From Tubiluchus corallicola (taxonomy: Eukaryota; Animalia; Priapulida): a DNA stretch of 64,000 nucleotides. This document shows positions 39,001-50,274 of this stretch, in pieces. The DNA is taken from NCBI GenBank assembly GCA_030141605.1, contig JAQGDQ010000008.1:1364001-1428000 (forward strand), given 5' to 3'. Each line of letters starts with the position of its first letter. Within the stretch, counting starts at the first letter, position 1. Made by a program: the position numbers and the translations under genes. The notes below the pieces were generated by a model. That model had not been told where the DNA came from, ran no database searches, and worked only from the letters and a program-made list of their open reading frames with translations.

Positions 39001-42000
39001 AGCTCAATGGTAGCGTGTTCGCTTACTACCCGGGAGGTCGTGGGTTTAACTCTCGACCGAGTCATATCAAAGACTTGAAAAATGGTACCAAGCACGCGGG
39101 TTTATCGAAGTAATGTGCGGGTAATAATAAACTGGACCACTTTGGAAATAAGTATTGAGTTACTTAAGGTGTTATCCTTGGACTATGTCTTAAACGACAC
39201 TACTCATACTTGACCATAACCTTTCTCCAGACAGGTATTACACATATTATAAATTTGGCTGCCCAGCCACCATCGTCCTTAAAAATATGATGCAAAATCA
39301 ATGTTTTCAAAGTCAATGCCAAAACCAAGCAAGCCCATAGACATAAATGCCACAGATGCGCAGAGAGAGATTGCTAGTCTATCATAAAGAATGAAGCAAC
39401 AATGGGTGGCCATGTTCTAATGTAGGTTTATTACATGTTATATTCTATGGTCTGCTTTTAGGCAAACATTAGCCATCATCTTGTATTGCACAAAAGTTGT
39501 ATTCAATTGAAAAGCAAAAACAGCCCTTGAATGGCACATACTTTCGAAGTATTGATCAATTTGCAGGCTAACAGTTTTTCTTGGGCAGGTGTGGCATTTA
39601 AACCTATGAGCGTTCCGCTGTGACCACTTCATTGCCAAAATTATCTGTTGACAGGCTTGACCTCGATTGTCTTGTAGATACAGTAAGTCCTCACTTAACA
39701 ACCCTAATGCGTTCCAGCAAAATGCGATGTTCGAAGCCAAGACTTCCATAAAAAGCAATGCAAAAGAATTGGAATACGTTCGAGAGGCAAAAGTCAGTGC
39801 TGCTTAAATCATATAAATTAAACGTTTTATGAGTATATTACTCATGCTTCTACTAATAATTAATTTCTTTCTGTTACTTGAAGCAACCTATATGTCTTAT
39901 TTACCTAGCTGGCAGTTTCTCTTTACTTGACTTTAAGCCTAGGCAGTGGTTAAACAATAAACACTGTAGCAGAGTCAAAGCCAAGCCCTGAAGCGACCTT
40001 GGAAATTTTATCTTAAAACTTAGTACGCACTAGTCTGGTTGCTATAAAAACAGGTTGCAGGCAAAATTCCTTCGCATAAAGTTTGCTCCCAGGTCTCGCT
40101 TGATACAAAAGGCTAGCATTTAGCGGTCAGGAAGCAAAAATGTATGTACTTTGTTACTAGTGTGTTTTTAGAACAGAATAATGCAATATGTAGAGTTTTA
40201 AGGCATCAAATTAAGTAAAAAGTTGTTGATACAATAAAAATTGGCTTTGTGCAAAGCAAAAAAAATCATCGTTAAAAAGAAACGTCGCTAAATGGGGAAT
40301 CGTTAGGCGAGGACTTACTGTACAATACGAGCCACTTGGTAGTGCATAAGGGTGCAGCACACATACACACAAGTAGTGCTCTGTTTTTTCAGCACTTTGT
40401 AGGAAATAATACGGATCAATTTTTTTTAAATATCTATAGTGGAAGTTCTACAATTTTTGTACGTTACTAGGACGATTAAAAGGCGCAATCGCATTTGGCA
40501 CATTAAGTTAATTTTAATCTGTATACAAAGATCAATTAATAAGAATTATTAATTTATCATTAGACCAACTCATTATCATTAGATTTTCCCAGAAATTCAT
40601 TCATTTGTTTAAGAACCTGCCTGGTTACGTTCCTAATGCTGAAGCAGAAATTTCAGAGAAAAACACTTTTTCTTGATTTAAAAATACCACCACTTTAATG
40701 TTAGTGAATTGCAAGAACACTACTTCAGAGAGTAAGAAATTTTCTTAAAATACGACTGTGATACGTCTGAAATTCATGAGTTTCACAAACACAATCATTG
40801 CACTGCAAGCTGACATTAATGTAGCAATAAACAAAAGTTAAACAAACCTCACTGTTTTCTGCAGATCTAGTTTCTACAACACCATCAGTTGTAGTTTTAA
40901 ATTCTTCAGCTCCTGTATCAGGAATGCCAAGTCCTGATTCCGATAATGAGCCTTTTCTGTTAGGACAAAAACACCTTCACTTTAGCATTAACAGCACAGG
41001 CTTATATGTACAAGACAGGCTTGAACGAGAATATATTTCTTATTATTTGTGTACTTTACATGTGTGGAATCATACATAAGGTATAATAATATATATATAT
41101 ATTGCTACCTTAAATATATGTAATTATATATATTTAAGGTAGCAATGAATGCTTAAATCAACATGTAATAAGTGAATATATAATTAAATTTACAACAACT
41201 AAAAAATAAAAAATTATCATAAAGAAAAACAAGAAATAGAAAAAACTATTTACATTGACATCATAAGTTTTGTTTAATAAAAAGCGAAATCTGTAACTTT
41301 AAATTTCACACCAATTTCACTGTATTATCCTAAAGAAAACTGGCCTCAAAACATGAGAACTGCAGTTGTCCCCTAAGCATTGACTAGATTTGGCATTCGT
41401 AAACACACATAGAATAAATATTTAATGTAATAGATGGACATGCGACATATCCTAATTTAGTTACACCTGTGTGTGTGTGTGTGTACATGTGTGTGCGTGT
41501 GTGTGTGTGTGAGTGTGTGTGTGAGAGAGAGAGAGAGAGATTCAAATATTCTGGAAAAAATGCTGTGCTAAAAAACTGACATGGTTGCTACTGATTGTGA
41601 ACCTTCATCATCTTAGCTTTGTAAATCATATTTTTGAGATAAGCTTTTGCTCGTTTGTGATATACATAAAGACTCAAAACTATCAAAACTGCTACATAAA
41701 AGCTTTTCACTACTCACGCACTAACTTCTCACTTGATGTGAGAATGTAGTGAAAGTTAGAAGTAAATATTACAAATATAAAAATTGCCAGACATATATTA
41801 GTGAAGTATCTCCGACCTTTGTTCAGCAAATACCAAACCAGATTCTCCCAGGGTGGATTTACTACATTTGCTCTCGCTGGGTAAAAGAACGTCTGTCCCG
41901 GATTCACGACAGTCATTATCTGTAAATGGAAATAAATTACATCTCTCACAGTAATCCATTTTATGCATCTGTAAATTTCTGAATTATTTTTACACATTAC

Positions 42001-45000
42001 AAGATCTCTCCGATAAAAATGTTAGCCATCTTGTCACATAATTTTTATAAAGGCAATAATGGCAAACTTTGGGTAGTTTGAGAGTAAAAACATAAGCATT
42101 AGAAAAATATTTTGAACAAGAATAAATGAGTAAATGCACAATGTGTGAACAAGAGTAAATGAGTAAATGCACAATGTGTGAACAAAAGTAAATGAGTAAA
42201 TGCACAATGTGTGAACAAGAGTAAATGAGTAAATGCACAATGTGTGAACAAGAGTAAATGAGTAAACGCACAATGTGTGAACAAAAGTAAATGAGTAAAT
42301 GCACAATGTGATAGACTGCTAATGAGCAGAAATATTTTGCTATAGTCAAGCAACGAAAATTAATTACCGCGAGTTTGGAAAAAAACCTGGTTTACGATCA
42401 ATATGTTATAATTTATACAAAGTATTTTTTTAAATTTTATTCCATTTGCACTTTACATACTCTACTCTACTGAAGAACTTATAAAGTTTCAAAAAACTCA
42501 TCTAAAAGCAGCTTTTCAAAACTGATCCGAACTGAAAATTATCTAGTTAACTGTGTTATGTTAATGAAACATTATCACTCAATAATTATAAAGCATTATT
42601 ATCACACCACAGACACTCAGTTAGTGCAAACGAAAGTTTACTTATTGTAATTTAACATGTTACACATGAACTTACTACAATAAGCAGTGGGGTGCCGCCG
42701 AAAGTGATAAACAACAGCTCCAATAAGAAATGTTGTACAAAAGACTCCAACAATTGAAACAGACAAGATGAATGCAGGTGAAAACGGTAAATATGGCGGT
42801 TTTTCAGTACCCGCAGCACCGGTGGGCTCAGACGGGTCAGCAGTGCCTGCAATATCAAGCGTTTTACAAAATGAGCAGTTCAAACATTAATTCTATGCAA
42901 CAGTTTACAATTTAAATGTTCTTGACAATATTGTACTGAGTATTTACATTCAGGCTTTGAATCAAGTTATATCATTCAAAAACAACTCATTTTCATCGAC
43001 AAATAACTGTACACTTATTTTATATATAAAGGGCGGAAAAACACTCACTTAAAGGGAAGGGAATTTTAAAGTATGTCCCAAAGAACATTCCATATAAATT
43101 TATATTAGTTACCTGCTTGACAAACTTAAGTAATTGGAAAAGAAAATTCTTAATAATTTAAAATATTTATACCGCATGGTCAAATGCAAAGAAATACTTT
43201 ATTGATCTTACTGACAATATTAAACAGGGGTGTGCAAAGTGCGGCCTTCCGTGAGATTTTGTGGCCCGCGAAGAGATTTGTCAACCTAATAAGTGCGGCC
43301 CAGGCGATGAATTGAGTCTATCCAGCTGAAGTCCTCGCCACGATCGCAAAGATAGTGCGGGCAGTTTTTCCACTAGATCGGATGGCATAAACCCTTACAA
43401 GACGGTTGTTACTTAATGTCACTGTCGGACATGACGAAATTACATGCTACTCACTTGGTACACAAAAAGCAGATGCAATCACAAAACACAGCAAACTATC
43501 ATGGAAGCCGCCATTGAAATACTCAACTGTGCAAGAAATGCAAAAAGCAATCTGATTGGCTGTTAGGAAGACCAACCAGCCAATCTCTAGACATTTATTA
43601 TCGGGGATGCTGATCTGCCCAGTCGTCTTCTTGGTCACAGCAGGTAGATCATTTTGACTTGGTTATTTTACAAAATAAATTATAAAAAAATGTAAAATAA
43701 CCAAGTCAAAATGATCTACCTACAATGACCAAGAAGACGACTGGGCACATCAATTTGTAAGTAGACAGCAAGCTAAAAAAGTGTGGTCACCACTGATATA
43801 AGGGGATACCCACATTTTAGTTTCTGCTTAGGCTCAGTAGTACACACCTGGATCAGTGGCTGTTTCATCGTTTCACCAGCTGTGGTGTTCTTATAAATCA
43901 GAAACACGGATAAGAAAAAAGAGGAACATCGAAGAAGAACATCGAGTCAAGGCAGGTTAATATGCACTGTACTACACAGACTGTGTGATACACATTACTA
44001 ATATGCATTGTAATAAAATTACCACTATCTGTCGTGAAAGTAGAAATATATGGTTTGTAATATAAATTTTAATAACTTCTAAAATAGTTTCTTGAGTGTA
44101 GTATTAATGATGTGCACAGATCGGATGCAAAAAAATCGCTATTAGGCCCTACTGTACTTGGCTCCTTGATCAAACTGCCTGTGGCCCACAAGAATTGCGG
44201 GAAAGCTTAATGTGGCCCGGTTAACCAGATAATTTGCACACCCCTGATATTAAGTAACTTAAAGTGTTCCTTACTTAGCACAGAATGTGTGACGAATGTT
44301 CTGATTATTTTTTTTAAATTTTATGCATTCTTATCCAAACTTGTTTTAAATGACTTACTACTTCACCTAATGGCTAACGGTCATCGCGGGAGTTTGAACT
44401 AACTAGTCTTACAGAGTCTTACTGTTAACGCAAACCCTGTATGTAATAAGACAGCATGTAGGAGAGTACAGTAAGTGCCAGCTGACCACTTGCCCTGACG
44501 TAGAGATGCTATACAATAAATTAGAATTTTTTAATGCTAAAAAAAGCTAATACCAACAAAAACCTTAACATCTTTCATAAGCTTGAGTGATTTTGGAAAT
44601 TCTGCATGCTGAATTTTTATGCCAATTAACATTTAAATTCTCGTACATGTTTCATGGAATTATTCCAGTAATTTGGTACGCAATTCATTGTAAAAATTGG
44701 CCAGCGAAAGTATTGTGAAACAATCCATAATTATATAATACCAGTATTAATTACGAAAAATTAAAAGATATGAACAGTTTACAGTATGTAAGATTTAAAA
44801 TTACTCAGATCTCTTATCAATTTAATTGACCTTGTTAATAACATATTTAATCTTACGAGTTAGCACAAAAGGAATTTAGGCTGTTCATACATTTTTCATG
44901 TTTTCTATAGGTGTAATCTATTCCTTTACGCATTGTTAAAATTCTAGAAAAATCTGATTTGAAAAATGTCAGAATACACTTTTGTTTCAGAACACAGATC

Positions 45001-46352
45001 TGCCTTTATACATGCTCAAGATACTTCATTTCGACCAGTGTGATCATTACGATGTGTAATTAATATTACTTTAAAGGAAAACAGAACCCAATCTTAAACC
45101 GTAGGTCAAAACAACCTATTGTTCAAAATACTGAAAGGAAACATACCATTTTTTCAAAAATGACTTACGTGAAAGAATTATTACCACACAAATGCAATTT
45201 CACATTCGCACCGCTTGTTCTTCCCTGTTACATGCATTTCGACATTCACTAGTTAGGCGGGCACTACCGCCTGCATTTTTGAAAGCGCTACACAAAAAAC
45301 AGGTACTGTACTTCTCAGTTCAGATGTGTTAGTTTGTGATGAACTGCACACGTAAGACAACTCATGCGTGAGCACAGCGGTAAATTTGAAATTTGAATTT
45401 TAATCTTAAAACTTGCCTAGTTTTAGTATAAGACACCAGGTATTTTACAGTAGCACTATACTTCAATTTCCGCTTTCGTAAACACGTGCAACACGCTCGT
45501 GGAATATTTTTGCTGTTGAAAATTAGGTTAACTTGCGATGTCATCAGTAGTTGAGCTCGCCCGCCATCATTAAGTTTTTAATCTATTATTTAATTATCAG
45601 AAATGCTTTTGGAGTATTAATTGCATTAAAATGTATACTTTCTAACGGACTTGAAAGTATTCATTCAGTAGTACAGTACCTGTTTTTGTGTAGCGCTTTC
45701 AAAAATGCAGGCGGTAGTGCCCGTCTAACTAGTGAATGGCGAAATGCATGTAACAGGGAAGAACAAGCGGTGCGAATGTGAAATTGCATTTTTTGTGTGG
45801 TAATAATTCTTTCTAACGGACTTGAAAATGGGGTAGTATATGAAAAATTGTCCTGTCTTTTTTTTAACGAAAACGTTATTAAAAACAGTTTGCAAAACTA
45901 TTACGTTGGCACTCTTTTGGTTCCGTTGTTCGTTTTGTACAGATTTGACATTCCGGTTCTTCTACGCTTGGATCATCAGTATTAAATATTGGAAAAGCCC
46001 TGTTCAAAGATAAGATCACATATTTAACATACAAATAAGATCACGTCATTGCAAGAAAGAAAAATTTACAGACTACTAAACTAAATGTGACAAAATGTTA
46101 TACTCAAGATTTTTAAATTAAATCATAAAAACTTAGTTCACTACACTGATTTATCCTGCTAGTTTTTTAAGAAGTTAGAAAAAAGTTACAAACATTACCC
46201 AGGTAGACAACTGCCACATTTAGTATTCGAATTCCAATTACAGTTTTCCTTAGTATGCCGATTTATGATTTTGCAACTAGTACATTGGTGGCAAGATTCA
46301 ATATCAATGTTATAAAACTCTGATGGTGCACATGTAGGAAGTCCATTTATAG
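36011..46352 (-). CDS. TNF receptor superfamily member without death domain; exons 46352-46199, 45999-45905, 42846-42676, 41919-41817, 40956-40848, 38829-38769, 38300-38231, 36662-36590, 36286-36011; first coding exon uncertain
   Basis: TNFR cysteine-rich domain CAPSEFY...CHQCTSC...ENCNWNSNTKCGSCLPG...ECQIC...EC. Single TM AFILSVSIVGVFCTTFLIGAVVY followed by HFRR. All eight introns are GT-AG and phase-consistent (2,1,1,2,0,1,2,0). The tail has PVQD, PVQES and PCETEY motifs. TGA at 36013-36011. Confidence 0.82.
37080..37682. mobile_element. TTAA-flanked (Kolobok-like) MITE family B, copy 1
   Basis: TTAA|AGGAAGACAG...CAGTTTTACT|TTAA. Homologous to 45071-45867 (inverted), 51578-51866 and 62790-63003. 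Confidence 0.7.
37862..38135. repeat. 34-bp minisatellite, 8 copies
   Basis: Unit TATGTACATTAAAGTCCTGTTTTCAAGTGAGAAC, intronic in the TNFR gene. Confidence 0.95.
38992..39200 (+). mobile_element. tRNA-derived SINE
   Basis: A box TAGCTCAATGG and degenerate B box GGTTTAACTC, followed by a non-tRNA core CCGAGTCATATCAAAGACTTGAAAAATGGTACC. No acceptor stem closure. The 3' boundary is approximate. Confidence 0.7.
39681..40320. mobile_element. Tigger/pogo-like MITE family A, copy 2
   Basis: TA|CAGTAAGTCCTCACTTAAC...GTTAGGCGAGGACTTACTG|TA. Confidence 0.88.
41468..41540. repeat. Compound (TG)n(AG)n microsatellite
   Basis: Directly visible dinucleotide runs. Confidence 0.92.
42112..42311. repeat. 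33-bp minisatellite, 6 copies
   Basis: Unit TGAACAAGAGTAAATGAGTAAATGCACAATGTG. It produces the repetitive ORFs at 41990-42353. Confidence 0.95.
43225..44246. mobile_element. hAT (Charlie-like) non-autonomous element
   Basis: TIRs CAGGGGTGTGCAAA and TTTGCACACCCCTG. 8-bp TSD ATATTAAA versus ATATTAAG. Subterminal GCGGCCC/GTGGCCC repeats. Confidence 0.88.
45071..45867. mobile_element. TTAA-flanked (Kolobok-like) MITE family B, copy 2, with internal inverted duplication
   Basis: Reverse-complement homologue of 37080-37682, with TTAA at both ends. 45671-45813 is an inverted copy of 45171-45311. Confidence 0.75.
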
Positions 46353-46452
46353 CTGAAAAAGAAAATTTGCTGCAAGCAATGCTGGTACCCATTAGCATAA
46401 ATTTAGATTTCTGATTGATATGTGGAGTAATCTGTATAGCATCAAATAATAT

Positions 46453-46788
46453 TTAATAGCTGTTGTGTCATTTGATGGCACAACTAAGAAATGTCATCTA
46501 AGTGATGGTTAATATCTGTTGTGTCATTTGACGGCACAAAAAAGAACTGTGATCTAAGTGATGGTTAAAAGCTGTTGTGTCATTTGATGGCACAACTAAG
46601 AACAGTAATCTGAGTGATGGTTAATAGCTCTTGTGTCATTTGATAACACAACTAAGAACTGTAATCTAAGTGATGGTTAATAGCTGTTGTGTCATTTGAT
46701 GGCACAGCTATGAACTGTAATCTAAGTGATGGTTAATAGCTATTGTGTCATTTGATGGCACAACTAAGAACTGTAATCTAAGTGGTGG
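46453..46788. repeat. 56-bp minisatellite with internal palindrome, 6 copies
   Basis: Unit TTAATAGCTGTTGTGTCATTTGATGGCACAACTAAGAACTGTAATCTAAGTGATGG, containing the hairpin GTTGTGTCAT-TTG-ATGGCACAAC. Confidence 0.93.
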
Positions 46789-49700
46789 TACAAATCTAGC
46801 AAACATTACAGACAGAAAACATGAAGAAGTTGGAATACATCGTGGGTTTCAACCAGAGCCTTTTGCTTACATAGCTTATAAATTAGCATGAGCGTTTGTT
46901 GTGTGAAGTTACACGTGCTGCCTTAGAACTTTCTTGTAGTTTATTTGCACTTATTAGCTCTGGTAGTAAAATTACCGAAAGTCAGCATTTGTTGTGTCCG
47001 TACCCTTAGATCTCTCAAAGTATATCATTTTTTTCATTTTTTATGAATTTAAAACCCGAAGCTTCCGTAGATAATTAATTAATTATTATAATTTATATTA
47101 ATCAATAATGTACCTATTAGTAAAGAGTGTAAGCCTACCAGATCAGCGAACTCAGAGTGGAAACTTGCTTGTACAGACTAAACGGTCAAACTGCAAGACA
47201 GTCTTTGACTGTCTCTTCTAAAGATTTATGAAAATCTGACAGATCTAATGCTTCAGTGGTTTCTCAACAAAATGAACTGCAAGGGCCCACATCAGGAGAA
47301 GAGTGCTTGTAAACCGTAAAGCATTATCAGCATGTAAATAGAAGATCCAGGGTGCCCTTTGTGAATATATTTAGAAAAACGTGCTCCGCCTCCAATCAAG
47401 AATTGAAACGGTTAGACTTTTTAACTAACCATTTAACCATTATTAATTGTGGTTGGTTAAAAGGTCAACTGTTCCCAATGACGTCATGCACATAAGAATA
47501 TATCGAATAGACATGGCTTGCACGAGTAAGTGGTGTGGTTCAAATGTAGCATGCGCCAGCGAGAATTCCAATGTGGCGCAACCTCATAACGTATGCGAGT
47601 GAAAAACTTTTTGCAATTTACCATTTAGATGCTTCTTAGGTAACCAGATAAACTGAAACAATATTGTAAATAGTACAATTTCATGTAAGTGGGACATTGC
47701 TAACTGCGTACACCCAGTACTTGATTTTCTAAATGGTTACACCAGTTAGCGGTCGGTTAAACGGTTAACTTTACTCTAATCATAACTCAGAGGTGTTAAT
47801 ATAAATGTTCCATAGTGCATAAATGTTCATCTAGAAGATTTTTAAAACTGTTGATTATTTGCAGTCCTCTAACTTCTTCTAGTAGGTTTCTTTCGCAAAT
47901 TGTTGAGGAGAGACCGTCAATAACCGTGTTATGGTTAGGTCTCTTAGGCTTTGCAAGCAAGTTTTTCAGTATATGATAGATTAACTAGCCCTTGCATCAT
48001 GTTGACTGCTCTTTCTTGCAATCACTTCTTCTTAAAGTATGGATTCCAAACTTCACTTACCTACTACAACATAGTTTAAATGTGGTCTGACGACAGACAT
48101 AAATAGGTAGGATGACGTGACATGATCCTGAGATAGAAAAAAGGGCCAAAAATTTTCATTTTATGTTTATCATTTTATATTAGAAAGATATAGAAATTGC
48201 GGACTAAACTTACAATTCCATAAGCTAAAACACACTAAAAAGTCCAACAACAAACTAGAATGAAATTGGTAAATTTTCCTTTTCATAACCAAACAAAGTC
48301 ACAGAAAATGACAATATTCATGCACTAATACCAAAACCACCGCAGGCTCATTATACCAGCTACGTGTTTTTGACACACATTAACTTTAATAAAAATCAAG
48401 GTACAATCAGAGCTTATAATAAAGTGTTATATATCGCAAAGAAGATTCAAGGTCTGGTCTGAGAGCCTGGTAATGTCGGTTGTATGAATTTAGCCTTCGA
48501 TTGAAAAGGAGAAAAAACTTCGGTGCAGTTTATTGCCTAACGCTTCTTGTTAATCCTGTAAGATTTCTGTTCTTTATGCAACTGGTATAGAAAATTCATA
48601 AATAAATTAAATAATTCTTTATTGTAAGTGTACAATTGCATAACTTCGTTCCTCAAAGAGGAAAAAGGTTGTCCTTCAGTAGCGATTTCATAAATGCAAA
48701 ATGCGATCAGAAAACCACTAATATGCAAAAAAGCAAAATCAGTTTTGCAAAAGAGAAAAAAAGAATATTAAACGTTCACTATAATTGCAAACAAACTAGC
48801 CCTTGAATAGGGTAAAATTCTGTTTTTTGTGATATAGATGCCTGTAGTTGTGTGTTCAGTATGCAGTTGTTATAGATCGATATGCCTCTGTTGATTTTCT
48901 GAAAATTGGCTTGAAGTTTCTTATGCAGATCCTCATACGTATGTACGTTCATTTAATTGTTTGCTTATTTTCATGTAAAGCTTTGTAATAATTTATTTGT
49001 TGGGTTGTTAGTTTATGATGGTGTTTATTTGTCACCACCACAGTAAATTATTGATTTTTTAGTAAATACTGAAAGTTGGTGCGTATGAGTGCCTTTGTGC
49101 ATGCATGTGTATTGTGCAGGAGGGTACTCTTTTGTCAGTTTTGTGTAGAAAGTTTATTTACTGTAGTAATTTTCTGCTTATGCCTGTTTTACTTTTGTTT
49201 AGCTTTCTTTTTTCCTGTTTTGGTTTTGTATTGCAGTTTTAGTTTTTTTGCAATGAGACGAAAATGAAGGTCTTTCAAGAAAACAACCAATGTTCACATT
49301 TGTTAATAATTTCGTGCATGTCTTAGAGGGAGTTTGAGACATCTCTAGACGTTACAAATTAAGCCAGAGCGCGACTAAATCTAGGTCAATTAAAGCTGGG
49401 GCATGATATTGTTTCAAAAATTAAAAAATATTTTAGTGTGATAAAATTCATTTGTACTACACTCGCGTTTTGTACAAGTCAATCGTCACACTTTTACAGC
49501 AAATTAACGCTGAGAACCAATCTGTGTAAATTAATGATTGTTATACTTAGTTAATTATTATTCTTGTTTACTCTGTTTTTACTCTGCAGCGTATGTTTGT
49601 TATCGTTGGCAGGGTAACGGCGCTCAAGAAGCAATAATAATTATTTATGATGACATTTTTACATATCTATGGCTGGGTCCTTTGCAAATGAATGAGTGCT

Positions 49701-50274
49701 GATTGCGTGACACTGAAATTACAAATCTCGTCTCAAATCAAATCAATCCAATTTCAAACATTCTCGTTTGCCATTTTCTGTGTTTAAATAGAATATTAAA
49801 CAGAATTGAAAACACTTTTTTCCCAGTATAACATTCTGAATTTCAGATTTCATTTAAACAACTGAGGCTGAAGAAGGTAGTAAGGAAAAAGACAATATTA
49901 TTTTTTTAACATAGCAGTGAGATCATGAGAGCAGGGGAGAATTTAAAGTGGAAAGCCACTAGCTGAGAAATACTGATCTGCCAGGTAATTATCCACAAAT
50001 TAAATAATTGAGAAGTCACATCATCTGTCGACAGTCTCAAAAATTTTGACTTAAGAGAATATCGTTTGTAAGTTAGTTAGATAGATAGTAAAGATCTAGA
50101 TTCTTATTTCTTTGGGCAAGGTATTAGCACTTCTAATTTTTGGTTCACATGTTCCATATACGTGAAGCTGTGAAGTGTAGTTGGAATTTGTCTTTACAGT
50201 TGATTAAACAGCATAACCTAAGATGCAGTTGACTCAGTCATTGCTTACGTATCTTTTGGTACAGTAACTGCGCT

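Noticed and set aside
38992-39065. tRNA gene
   Set aside because: The A box is good but the B box is degenerate, the acceptor stem does not close, and it runs into a SINE core.
41990-42353. His/Cys repeat protein ORFs in three frames
   Set aside because: Artefact of a stop-free 33-bp minisatellite inside a TNFR intron.
46453-46788. CRISPR-like array (regularly spaced palindromic repeats)
   Set aside because: The intervening sequences are copies of each other rather than unique spacers. There are no cas genes and the context is eukaryotic and intronic. The same applies to 37862-38135 and 42112-42311.
48537-48728. Short secreted peptide or TNFR signal-peptide exon
   Set aside because: It has no ATG start or suitable phase-1 donor that I can support, and no recognisable motif.
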